A stretch of 64,000 nucleotides of DNA from Spironucleus salmonicida (Eukaryota): assembly GCF_000497125.1 (NCBI RefSeq), contig NC_090597.1, positions 124,001 to 188,000 of the forward strand. Direction: 5' to 3'. Within the stretch, counting starts at the first letter, position 1; the number at the start of each line of letters is the position of its first letter. The position numbers and the translations under genes were made by a program. The notes below the pieces were generated by a model. The model had not been told where the DNA came from. It made no database searches and saw only the letters and a list, made by a program, of their open reading frames with translations. Shown one piece after another: positions 25,896-37,395 of the stretch.

Positions 25896-28212
25896 TGGCA
25901 CATCCTGCCGATGTGGCGCAAAATATAACATAAAGCCAAATTGCGCGGGCTGCGACGGGGAGAGCTGCAGCAGCTGCACGCACGGTTACTTCTTCACAGA
26001 TGGAACGTGCAATATTTGCATCTCAAACTGCCTAATTTGCAGCGGTCCGTTAAATTGCAGCCAGTGCCTAAACGGCTATTTTGAGACACCGGAACGCTGC
26101 CTGCCGTGCGCTGCGAGCATGGAAATCGGCGTAAAATGCCAGTGCGGAAATGCAAAACTAGAGAACTGCGCTGAATGCAATGGGAATTCGTGCGCTAAGT
26201 GCAGGAGCGAATTCAAGCTGATTTCGGGAGGCTGCATTAAGGACCAGTGCTAGAGCGATGCAGACTGTGCAAAACCGGAGTTCTGTGCGGTTAGTCCCAG
26301 TGAGGTGAATTTGTGCAAGGCCTGCGGGAGCATGTGTCAATCCTGCACAGAAAATGAAAATAAGTGCTTAAGCTGCAAGAATGGTATGTTTTTGGACTAG
26401 AATGTGTGTAAAACGTGTGGCACTAGCATAGCTGCTGGGGTTTAGTGTTAGTGCGGCGATATTCTGGTTGATAATTGCGGCAAATGTGGTGATAATGTCT
26501 GCGAAATCTGCGTCAGCGGGTTCAGATTAGAGGCTGATAAATGCACTTTGTGCTCAGAAGAATAGTAATTAGGACGTTACTGCACGTGCTAAGGCTTTAG
26601 CATAACAAATTGCATCTCCTGTGATGATATTGGGTGCAGCGCGTGCAAGACCCCTTTGACACTTAAGGGGTAGGTATGTCTAGCAGATGAGTGCTTAATA
26701 GATTCTGAATGTAAAAGAGGGCAGTTTTGTTAAACAAGTAGTATTGTGACTAATGCATGCGTGAATTGTGCGGATAGCCGTGATTAATGTGCAGGTTCAG
26801 CTGAGAACTGCATATCCTGTGGTCCCAACAAGTTTTTAGTTAACGCAGTTTGCATAAATTGCAGCTTTAATTAGGAGCCGGGTGCTGCTTGCAACTGCGG
26901 TTTAATGAAGATTGAAAATTGTGGCTTATGCGGTGATAATGTGTGTAATTTGTGCATAAATGGATACCGTCCAGATAGTAACGCATGTGTTGCCTGCTCT
27001 ATAACTCAACCAATAGGCAGTTCCTGCGACTGCCAGGGATAAGGAGTGTAAAACTGTGTTTCGTGTGATTCTACAGGCTGTCGTGCGTGTTTAGGTGAGT
27101 TCAAGCTGATATAAAGAGAGTGCGTCGCCGATGAATGCCAGACTAATGAGGAATGCGTAAAAGGCTAGTTCTGCTAGATCAGCGCAAACTTAGCAAACCT
27201 GTGCGAGAAGTGCTCAGAAACCTGTGAGACCTGCTAAACTTCAGCAAATAACTGCCTTAGCTGCAAAACTGACAGCTACTTACAAGAGAACCAATGCTAA
27301 ACCTGCGCGTTCAGCTAACCGCTAGGAAAGATCTGCACATGCGGCTCTGCAAATGTGGAAAACTGCGACTAGTGCATGGAAAACATCTGCAAGGCCTGTA
27401 TAGAGAACTACAGTCTGCAACGCACCGCCTGCGTACTATGTTAGAATTCCTTACCAATTGGCTCAAGTTGCACGTGTCAGGGGCTGCAGATTCCCAATTG
27501 CGCAAAATGTAACGACTCCGGCTGCGCTGAGTGCGTACTAGAGTCATAATTGGTCAACGGTGTATGCGTGCAGAACTTGTGCAGCGAGAGCGTAAAGTGC
27601 CCAACGGGGCAGATTTGCGAGATATTACCAGGAAAACCGAATGTCTGCAAGGTGTGCACACCAAATTGTCAATAGTGCAGTATGGTCGGATCCTGCGATT
27701 TGTGCCAGAGCGATTTCTTTAAAAACGGGGTAGCCTGCACGAGATGCGTAGAGATCAGTAGCGAAGAGTGCAACTGCGCCGGAACAATGATAAAATAATG
27801 CGCTAGATGCGATAAAGACTAATGCAGTTTATGTGCGATCGGCGCAATCTTCAAGGATGGAGCGTGCGTAAGCTGCTCAGAAATGCAGTTGGGAGGCGTC
27901 TGCATCTGCGGAAAACTCGTAGCAAACTGCGTTTCGTGCGATAGCAACGGCGGCTGTGGTACATGTCTGGATGGATTGAGAAACGTAGATGGGCAGTGCG
28001 TGGACTGTACTAAAAATCCAGAGCTTTGCAAGACAAATTTAGGTACAAATCAGATAATATATATCGTACTTGGCGTTATAGCGGGAGTTTGTTTGATCAT
28101 AGGAATTGTTATTGTAGTTAAGATAGTGAAAAAGCGCAAATCTATTAAAAGTGATGAGTATAATAGCGCTGAGCTACTGACGAGGAATAATTCCAGCAGC
28201 TAGATGTACTGA
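25858..28212 (+). CDS. CRMP, 784 aa, intact
   Basis: No in-frame TGA found in code 6; CxxC repeats, C-terminal TM, tail KKRKSIKSDEYNSAELLTRNNSSSQMY*; TGAGTGA at the end. Confidence 0.9.
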
Positions 28213-29981
28213 GTGAAGAATTTGCATGGTCGGGTTACTGATACGTAATATTTGAATAATAAAAATAAATGGTCGATTTTAGCAGTAACTATGGAGAAAA
28301 TTATAGATTATTGGAGTAGGAGAGATTTAATTAGGTAAATCGACCTACTGGTAGCTAGTAGAAGCAATTTAGTTAAGGTGGCGGAATCATAATTCAAAGG
28401 TATAACAGCGGATACTAGTTCATGATGATTTTGGTGGCTCTTATTATATATGTTTAAGTGAATTTTGGTTAGGACTATATGAAAATGGGATTTAATTAAA
28501 GGACCACAACAAGCTGGAAAATTCACAAAAATTAATGTCTATAGTTTATTAAGTTAAGTACTATTTAATATCAAAATAAAGCGATTAAACTAGTTAATAC
28601 TTTAAAACAAATTATTGTTGGTAACATCTGAGTTTCACGTACTTTCGGCATGCAACTTGTATATTTAAATATTAAGGTAGCGTCGTAAGTAGTTTATTTT
28701 ATTAGTTAAATCTAAATATACCTTTTACATATAAATTTATTATAAATATCTGTTACTAGTATACCTGTTAATACTTTACATCTGGTACATATTTAAATTT
28801 TTCATTATTTTAAATTAAAAGTAATATTATATGCATATAATACGTATGAAATGAAACTGTAAACTTAGTGTAATTATATATTGCTTTAGGTAATAAGAAA
28901 CTTTTATATTATTCTGGTGTAATTAAAATATTCTAGAAAAGGTATTGACAATAATTTAAGTTGAAAATATCAACTTAATTTTTTATCTTCCGTTATGACA
29001 ATTGATTAGTTTTATTTTATACTGATTTAAATTGGACTAGTGTTAATCTCTATTATATTATTGTATATTTTTCTTATAACTTATTTCATCTTAGTTTTAT
29101 AAATATACGAATTTATTTTCAGTATACTATAATATATTCAACTTCAACCCTACATATACACTGTTTTCTTACCACTTAAAATATTTATTAATTCTAAAAA
29201 TAAACCTACTATTTACAGGAATTTCTGATTTCCTAATTTTAATTTAATAATTATAACATCAGTATACTTCACTTTATATAAAATCGAATTTTTATGAAAA
29301 TGTATTCTAATATAATATTTTATGATTTGTTAATAAATCAAAATTAAACTTAAATTTAGTTGCACCAGTTTCCTATCAAAATAGCATATTATAATATATC
29401 TATAAAACTACATTTTAACCTATATCAGGAGCTAAAAATGAATACACATAACTTAAGGAGAATGAAAAGTGATCGTTTAGGTGAAGGCTGTCGTATACCT
29501 CTCATCCCACATTTAAATTGTATGACTGAGGAACAGCCTAGACTAATCTAAATGAGCGATATTCGTTTGGCGTAATGCAATTTGTCAATTTCGGATAATT
29601 TGAGTTTACCCGAACCTGATTTTGTAGATATATAGGCAGTTTTGAATTAAGATTGGTAGTATCAGTGAATTTAATAGTTTGAAGTTGTTTTCGAGTAATG
29701 ATTTAATTTTAGGAAGAAAAGTACTTTAATCTCAAATTTGACGTTGGTTAGAAGTGATTTTAATGGTTAAATACATATATAGATCTAGCTGAGATAAAAT
29801 ATTACAACTAATATTTCTAGCTACACAAAATTAAACTTTTTACTAAAGCATTTATATTAGTTAAAAGTTGAGGAATTTATACTAATATGTATAATAGTAC
29901 TAATATAAGATTTTAAGAAATTCGAACCTGCGCGAGTCGCTAGGCCCGGCACCCCCGCTCCCCCGATTTTCCCCTTCAAAA

Positions 29982-30341
29982 ATGGCCATTGACAACAAAG
30001 CCAAGTCCAGATCCACCCGTGCCGGTATCATCTTCCCCGTCGGTCGTATCCACAGGCATCTCAAGGAGGGCCGCTACGCCGACCGTATCTCCTCCGACGC
30101 CCCCGTCTACATGGCCGCCATCCTCGAGTCCGTCATCGACGAGGTGTTCAAGGAAGCCCTCAACCAGAAGGACAAGAAGTCCACCAAGCGTATCACCCCC
30201 AACAACATCGTGAACGCCATCCGCAAGGACAAGGAGCTCAACGAGATCTTCAAGGACGTCGTCATCCGCGACGGCGGTGTCGCCAGACTCGAGGACGAGA
30301 AGAAGCACACCTCCAAGTCCAAGAAGTCCCAGGACCAGTGA
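29982..30341 (+). CDS. H2A: Histone H2A, copy 2
   Basis: Protein identical to 4985-5344. Confidence 0.97.
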   Translation: MAIDNKAKSRSTRAGIIFPVGRIHRHLKEGRYADRISSDAPVYMAAILESVIDEVFKEALNQKDKKSTKRITPNNIVNAIRKDKELNEIFKDVVIRDGGVARLEDEKKHTSKSKKSQDQ

Positions 30342-30360
30342 TATATTCTTGTTTACCCTG

Positions 30361-30741
30361 TCACTCCCTCTCGCCCAGGTACTCCGCCACCATGCGAATC
30401 CCGGCGTCCAGCCGCTGCAGCGCGACGCGCATCCCGAGCTGGTCCGCCGTTCCCAGCACGTCCTTCTCCATGGACGTGAACCGCTGGGCCAGCTGCAGAA
30501 TGTCGTGCGCGATGATCGTCACCGGGTCGATCAGGGTGGCCTGCGACAGCTTCCGCAGCAGGTCGTCTGCCGCCAGCCGCAGCTGGTGCATGGCCGGGAA
30601 GGAGATGATGTGGGTGCTGATTTTCTGCTCGAAGTCGAAGCTGGCAAATTGGGACTGCATACCGATGAGCAGGTTGAGCTTGGAGTTTCTGCTCTCCAGC
30701 ATAGCCTGATAGGCCTCGTCTGCGGCATCTACGCTGCTCAT
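30361..30741 (-). CDS. Hypothetical helical protein, 126 aa, convergent with H2A
   Basis: MSSVDAADEAYQAMLESRNSKLNLL..AEYLGERE*; strong GC3 bias, ATG after aaaat, stop in GAGTGA, 19 bp from the H2A stop. Confidence 0.75.
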   Translation of the reverse strand: MSSVDAADEAYQAMLESRNSKLNLLIGMQSQFASFDFEQKISTHIISFPAMHQLRLAADDLLRKLSQATLIDPVTIIAHDILQLAQRFTSMEKDVLGTADQLGMRVALQRLDAGIRMVAEYLGERE

Positions 30742-31290
30742 ATTTTGCGGGATATGATATGTTAATATAAAGTATTCAGAATGTGTGAAAATTATTTTGT
30801 GCAGATAAATATTATACACCGTATACTAATTAGCTACTCTGGACGGATGCGCAGCCCAGGCTATCCAGCAAGACCTGCAAATCAAGCCTCTCACTACTTT
30901 GCCAGTCGTTTGTGTGCATTGTAGCTAGCTTGAACTGCTTCGCTCTCGCTCCAGAAGCCTTATCTGGCGATGGCTGTCCGCTGCGCCAGACTTGCTGCTG
31001 CAAATTACGCAATTTTAACTAAACAGCTACTGCAATGCAGGATAATCGCAGATGCAAGCTAGAACACCTAGCGATTTGCTAGGCTTGATAGTGAACCTGT
31101 AGCGGGCAAGCTATTTTTTCAAACACGATGGAAGTGGATTATTGGCAAAAATGGTATTACTGTATAGGGGCTAGCTAACTATGAGTGCACGTGAGTTCCT
31201 TATCACTGGAGTGTCATATTTCTTATGCTATTTCGCGATTATGCTAATTATTAATATAAATATTATATTATATAGAGAAATTTTCTTTAC

Positions 31291-32343
31291 TCAGATCTCA
31301 TTCCTCTGCACGAGGGTGAGCTCGGTGTGCATTCTCGGCTTCCTGCTGCGCACGGCGAAGGCCACGACACCGATGACCGCGGTCAGGGCGACGACACCGC
31401 CGAGGACGGCACCGATGGTGGCGGCCTGGGAGGCTCTGTTGGCGGGCGCGACGCACTGGTGGGCCTGGAAGAGGTAGCCGGGTCTGCACGCGGCGCAGTA
31501 GCGCTCGTCGCAGGACAGGCACCCCTCGGGGCAGGCGGCGCACTGGCCGGCGGTGGTCTGGCGGAAGCCGACCTCGCACTCGTTGCAGGAGTCGCCGCTC
31601 TGGACCTTGCAGTTGGCGATGCCGCCGGGGACGACTGGTGGATGCGTGGGAGGGTTCACCGAGCCGCAGGAGCTGGCGTCGGTACAGACCCCGGCTGGGG
31701 TGAGGTAGAAGCCGAGCCCGCAACCGAGGCACTCGGAGGTGCTGCAGATGACGCAGCCCTCGGCGCAGGGGACGCAGAGCCCGTTGGTGAGGGCGTGACC
31801 GGGGTGGCACACGAGGCAGCCGTCGGCGCCCTCGATCTGACAGGAGTTGGGCTTGGGCACGCATACGTTGTCCTGGACGGCGAGGCCTTCCTTGCACACG
31901 ACACACTTCTCCTCGTACTGGTAGTCGCAGTTCTTCACGCCGGCGTAGCAGTTGCCGTTGGTGTTGGAGTAGCCAGGCTTGCAGCTGATGCAGCCCGCGG
32001 GGGTGTTGGTCTCGCAGAAGGCGGGGTTGGTGACGCACGTGTTGCCGGCGTTGGCCATGCCGTCCTTGCACACGACGCACTTCTCCTCGTACTGGAACTC
32101 GCAGTTGGCGACAGCCGCGAAGCAGTTGCCGTCCTGTTCGACGTGGCCGGGCTTGCAGGTGGCGCAGCCGTCGATGCCCTGAACGGAGCAGAGGGCGGGG
32201 TTGGTGACGCACTTGTTGTCGGCGACGGCGAAGCCCTCGCGGCAGTTGATGCAGGTGGCCTCGTACTGGAACGCGCAGTTCTTGATGTTGGGGATGCAGG
32301 TGTTGTTCTCGCGGTGGGTGTTGGTCGGGCAGGTCGCGCTCAT
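31291..32343 (-). CDS. GC-rich CRMP, 350 aa, with internal ~50-aa repeats
   Basis: MSATCPTNTHRENN..; three NC[AED][FY]QYE..C..C..G units; TM IGAVLGGVVALTAVIGVVAFAV then RSRK. No TAA/TAG codons; C-rich leader; TGAGTAAA at the end. Confidence 0.9.
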   Translation of the reverse strand: MSATCPTNTHRENNTCIPNIKNCAFQYEATCINCREGFAVADNKCVTNPALCSVQGIDGCATCKPGHVEQDGNCFAAVANCEFQYEEKCVVCKDGMANAGNTCVTNPAFCETNTPAGCISCKPGYSNTNGNCYAGVKNCDYQYEEKCVVCKEGLAVQDNVCVPKPNSCQIEGADGCLVCHPGHALTNGLCVPCAEGCVICSTSECLGCGLGFYLTPAGVCTDASSCGSVNPPTHPPVVPGGIANCKVQSGDSCNECEVGFRQTTAGQCAACPEGCLSCDERYCAACRPGYLFQAHQCVAPANRASQAATIGAVLGGVVALTAVIGVVAFAVRSRKPRMHTELTLVQRNEI

Positions 32344-32641
32344 TGGTAGTGGAGTGGGCGGGTCGGATCGGGGGTATAATACGGTATTAGGCCGATAATC
32401 TATTTCGGACCAAGCTAGAACACCTAGAACTGGTTGATTATCACCGCATCGTGTATAATCCCCAACGATATCTAAACTGACGAACCGTAACACCTGCTAG
32501 GAACCGCCCTCTCTATAATCTTTACCTCACCGCCTCACTCCGTTTTTATTCCAAATATAATAATTATCACTATTATATATTATAAACATACTTTTCACTC
32601 CTTTTTCAAAATTTGCTAATACTCAAATTTTTGTTTTAAAC

Positions 32642-33154
32642 TCATTTTCGAGCGCTGAAAAATGTTATTCCGCGCGTCACGAGCATGCTCCTGCGCGTTT
32701 GGGCCTCGCGAATTTCGGCCTCTGTCCGGCTCAAAATCGCAGAAAAGTCGCGCTCGCACTGCACCAACTGCGGTAGCAGAAACGCGTTTTAGGGCCGCAC
32801 CGCCTGCTGTGTTTTCGGACGAACGGGTGAACGCACGATCTTTTGATGCTGCGTCGGGGGCCGCGCCGTAAGAAATTTTTCTAATTTTCCTTAATTGCAA
32901 ATTGAATTAGATTTTTCGCTCCTTTGTTGTAAAATATTTTCTTATTTTTTACTGAAAAGTGCTAGTTAATACTTCGTTTTCATGATGAAAGCGAGGTGTT
33001 TCTCATAACAATTTTAAAATATTTTCAGGGAGTCAAATTGTCTGAGCGACGGGAATTGCAGGTCAAAATGCGTTAGATTCGACTTCTGCATGAACAATAT
33101 CGAGGTTGGGGAGGTGATTCTGGGCGGTATATTTGGTAGATTTCGGAGACTCAT
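32642..33154 (-). CDS. Hypothetical protein, 170 aa
   Basis: ATG after aaaa, open in code 6 (MSLRNLPNIPPRITSPTSILF..RGITFFSARK*), covers a local GC-rich island. Confidence 0.5.
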
Positions 33155-34160
33155 TTTTAAGTTTCACTGTATATTATATATAATAATTGTAAATTTGATA
33201 ATTGGAATTAGATTAAAAATGTAATGATAATAATTATATTATTAAGTATATAACTAAATATTAATTTGGATATTAAAAATGTTAATTGATTTAGTGAAAG
33301 TTGAAGTTTTTAAGTACTTGTATATTGGAGAAAAATTCTGATTCATTTTAGCTACTAGAAGTTGGCTTTTAGGAGAAATAAAAACTATTTTTCTAAATTT
33401 TTCATGATAATGTAAGTAGCTGTTGGGCTCGTCTAATTTTAGAAAGTTCTTGCACAGCTACAGTATTTATAATAAAAAACACTTTAATAAAATCAGTGTT
33501 ATATTTCAATAGTAGTACTAAACTCGAAACAATTAGTTTGATATATATTAGAATGAATTAGTATAAAATAAAAAGTAAGGTACATTGTTACCAATTCTTG
33601 CTGTTTATACACCATTAGTTAAGTGCTATTCTGACAATATTATTAATGCAATATATTAAGTAAAAAGGATAATTAATGTAAATCTAGAACTTACAAGTAT
33701 CAAAAAATTTTGATTCGCCAATATGGGGTCAATTATATTATATTTTTACCAAATAAAAATCTAGTTACATCTACAGTTGTAAAAATTATTTGTCTAAATA
33801 TAACCTAGATCCTAATCAAGGTTTTAGATATAACAAAATATTTTACCCCTTAAGGACCTAAATATAAATTAACAGTTACAGTCATATTTATACATAATAA
33901 ATTGCTTAAATTACATTGATTAAAAATTGTGATAATATGGTTTTTACTAATTTTATTGTATAATACAACTAAACTATATTCAAGGCTAATATTTTTATCC
34001 AGCTTATTTTCACTAATTAATATTATAAATGGTTAGCTTATAGTGACAAATTATATATAATCATACAAACTACAATTTGATATTAAAAATATTAAAATTA
34101 ATCCTAACTAGAAAAAAAATATGAATGTATTTTGCAAACTCTGAGTTATCCTCAATTTTT

Positions 34161-34970
34161 ATGATACAGGTACTACGCAAATATAAATTAGACATTTGCA
34201 GATATAAAAATATTAATTATGTGACGATACGTAGAACATATTCATCTACATATAAAAATTTGATATCTCCTGGTTAAATTTAAGCTATATCTGCTTATCG
34301 AAATAATATTCATATTAATATTTCTTAGTCAACTTCTTTTATGATTGAATTATAAAAATCAACTGATATTAAAATGAAAATTTATATATATAACTAAACA
34401 TGCATTCTTATTTCAAAATAGTCGTCGTCCATTCTACAAAAGGATATTAAATTAAACAACCAAATTAATTTAATGTTGATAAATATGTATATTTTTATTT
34501 AAGAAGAACATCAATTCGACAAGCTTTACTGTTTATAGTTAATAAAATCAGATTCTAAAGATATTAAAATTATTTTTACTTTGTTTAATGAATAGGCGCG
34601 AATAAATAGATTCATATTAGAATCTACCAATATACAAAAAACTTGTTTTATTGATAATAATATTGTTCCAAAAGATAGAAACATACAAGTAACAGCAACA
34701 AATAACTATCCATTAATTAAACCATAGAAAGCAACTATTGCCCTTTATCTATATAATTCTTCGAAAGGCTAATATATTTATAGATAATTAAAAGTGGCTA
34801 GTGCTGATTTTTTGATTAATGGGAATATATATTCGGTGCTTACTATCATAGATAAATAATTAATTGAGAATATTAAAAATGATTATAATTATATTTTAAA
34901 AATACCAAAATCTAACGGTGAATTTGGAGATACTATGTACCCATAATTTGAATTCTTAGTAAAACTATGA
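34161..34970 (+). CDS. Hypothetical AT-rich ORF, 269 aa (may be the 3' part of a longer frameshifted gene from ~33400)
   Basis: TGA-free frame ending KIPKSNGEFGDTMYPQFEFLVKL*; no recognised motif. Long ORFs arise more easily when there is a single stop codon. Confidence 0.35.
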
Positions 34971-35317
34971 ATAATCATATTTAATCTTGTAATAATACTT
35001 ATTTCAATAATAATTTGTGATATTTTGGTGGTATAATCATATTTTATACAAATAACAAGACAAATATTAAGAAGGTTAAGCCAAGCGTCAAAATTGATAA
35101 TATATTAATAAATATTTCTATTATTTTCATTGAAAAATATTTAGATTTAAATCCAATCAAAATAATGTCATTTCTTAGATGATTATTAATATTCATATTA
35201 TAAATAATATTTTATGCCAACTTAGTAGGTATCAGATATAATTTATATATTATTAATAATAAAAGAATTTGTATACTTTTTTTGTATATTTTCAAACTTT
35301 CATTTTCCACTTCCTGA

Positions 35318-35839
35318 ATGAACTACGCTAAGAATTCGCAAATGTACTTCTATGGAAATGTTTAGCAGCGGCGCATTGTGCAATTTTTATGCAAACAATA
35401 TTCACTTAAATGTGATTTAAGCCCACCAAGAAACCCAAAACCATTTTTAACAGATTTAGATAAATAAATCTATAATATGACATAAATACTGCAGCATTTA
35501 GCATTAAAAGTTGAATTTAAGGGAGAAATCGATCTTGAAATGATATAAAAAGTAGATTAAATTTCTGTAAAATATTGTAAAGATGAAGATATTTTAGCTG
35601 ATATTAGTAGTTTGTAGTAGTATATTAACTTCGACAAAAAAGTTAATGTATGGGAACTTTATTTAGTATGCATCTTAACGAGATACTTTGAAGAAAACTA
35701 CACAAAAGAAAAAGCTTTAACAGAGCTACCAATCTGTGTTTAACTTTGTGATAAAGTTTTTACTGAAATGGACTAAGCTTAAGATTGCTGGGGTAAAATT
35801 TTGTGGAAAGTAGAGAGGAAAAAACGCGTTAAAGCCTGA
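35318..35839 (+). CDS. 173-aa protein, probable divergent GST-like fold (eEF1-gamma N-terminal-like)
   Basis: MNYAKNSQMYFYGNVQQRRIVQFL..KPFLTDLDKQIYNMTQILQHLA..KVNVWELYLVCILTRYFEE..ELPICVQL..; ends TGAGTGA. The CDS is well supported; the fold is by eye only. Confidence 0.65.
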
Positions 35840-36635
35840 GTGATTTTTATTATTAGTAGAGTAATAAGACTTAAAAAAATTAGCAATGCTAGTTACATAA
35901 TTTTAATTATATATTTAATGAATTTGACTATAAAGATAAATAATCTAATTTATGTTCAATTAAAACAGTAAATAATAATATAAACTATTTGCTTTATTTA
36001 TATTATCGAAATTGCTAAAATATTAATATTAAAAGAACAACATTTAAATTTCTATGGATTGATTAATTCCATTTTTTTATTATTTCAAAATAATATATAA
36101 TAAATAATAAAAATGTTTATTTTAAAAACACCTGCAAACACCAGTTTAATATAAGAAATATGACACTCCAGTGATAAGGAACTCACGTGCACTCATAGTT
36201 AGCTAGCCCCTATACAGTAATACCATTTTTGCCAATAATCCACTTCCATCGTGTTTGAAAAAATAGCTTGCCCGCTACAGGTTCACTATCAAGCCTAGCA
36301 AATCGCTAGGTGTTCTAGCTTGCATCTGCGATTATCCTGCATTGCAGTAGCTGTTTAGTTAAAATTGCGTAATTTGCAGCAGCAAGTCTGGCGCAGCGGA
36401 CAGCCATCGCCAGATAAGGCTTCTGGAGCGAGAGCGAAGCAGTTCAAGCTAGCTACAATGCACACAAACGACTGGCAAAGTAGTGAGAGGCTTGATTTGC
36501 AGGTCTTGCTGGATAGCCTGGGCTGCGCATCCGTCCAGAGTAGCTAATTAGTATACGGTGTATAATATTTATCTGCACAAAATAATTTTCACACATTCTG
36601 AATACTTTATATTAACATATCATATCCCGCAAAAT

Positions 36636-37016
36636 ATGAGCAGCGTAGATGCCGCAGACGAGGCCTATCAGGCTATGCTGGAGAGCAGAAACTCCAAGCT
36701 CAACCTGCTCATCGGTATGCAGTCCCAATTTGCCAGCTTCGACTTCGAGCAGAAAATCAGCACCCACATCATCTCCTTCCCGGCCATGCACCAGCTGCGG
36801 CTGGCGGCAGACGACCTGCTGCGGAAGCTGTCGCAGGCCACCCTGATCGACCCGGTGACGATCATCGCGCACGACATTCTGCAGCTGGCCCAGCGGTTCA
36901 CGTCCATGGAGAAGGACGTGCTGGGAACGGCGGACCAGCTCGGGATGCGCGTCGCGCTGCAGCGGCTGGACGCCGGGATTCGCATGGTGGCGGAGTACCT
37001 GGGCGAGAGGGAGTGA
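36636..37016 (+). CDS. Hypothetical protein, 126 aa (copy of 30361-30741)
   Basis: Identical translation. Confidence 0.75.
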   Translation: MSSVDAADEAYQAMLESRNSKLNLLIGMQSQFASFDFEQKISTHIISFPAMHQLRLAADDLLRKLSQATLIDPVTIIAHDILQLAQRFTSMEKDVLGTADQLGMRVALQRLDAGIRMVAEYLGERE

Positions 37017-37035
37017 CAGGGTAAACAAGAATATA

Positions 37036-37395
37036 TCACTGGTCCTGGGACTTCTTGGACTTGGAGGTGTGCTTCTTCTCGTCCTCGAGTCTGGCGACAC
37101 CGCCGTCGCGGATGACGACGTCCTTGAAGATCTCGTTGAGCTCCTTGTCCTTGCGGATGGCGTTCACGATGTTGTTGGGGGTGATACGCTTGGTGGACTT
37201 CTTGTCCTTCTGGTTGAGGGCTTCCTTGAACACCTCGTCGATGACGGACTCGAGGATGGCGGCCATGTAGACGGGGGCGTCGGAGGAGATACGGTCGGCG
37301 TAGCGGCCCTCCTTGAGATGCCTGTGGATACGACCGACGGGGAAGATGATACCGGCACGGGTGGATCTGGACTTGGCTTTGTTGTCAATGGCCAT
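37036..37395 (-). CDS. H2A: Histone H2A, copy 3
   Basis: Identical translation. Confidence 0.97.
   Translation of the reverse strand: MAIDNKAKSRSTRAGIIFPVGRIHRHLKEGRYADRISSDAPVYMAAILESVIDEVFKEALNQKDKKSTKRITPNNIVNAIRKDKELNEIFKDVVIRDGGVARLEDEKKHTSKSKKSQDQ

Larger units (their letters stand above)
24998..30542 (+). repeat. Segmental direct duplication, copy 2 (true left edge cannot be fixed because copy 1 is cut by the window)
   Basis: Matches 1-5545 at offset 24997. Confidence 0.95.
29910..31226 (+). repeat. Inverted repeat 3, left arm, 1317 bp (partner 36151-37467; ~4.9 kb spacer)
   Basis: Reverse complement of 36151-37467, coordinate sum 67377; carries H2A and the convergent hypothetical gene. 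Confidence 0.95.

Noticed and set aside
31298-32349. Long alternative-frame and antisense ORFs (304 aa, 340 aa) over the GC-rich CRMP, and similar ones over H2A and 17401-18018
   Set aside because: Shadow ORFs caused by extreme GC3 bias; low-complexity translations with no family signal.
31291-32493. 400-aa version of the CRMP starting at 32493
   Set aside because: Non-ATG start; the extra 50 codons run through the C-rich leader, and the coding bias begins at ATG 32343.
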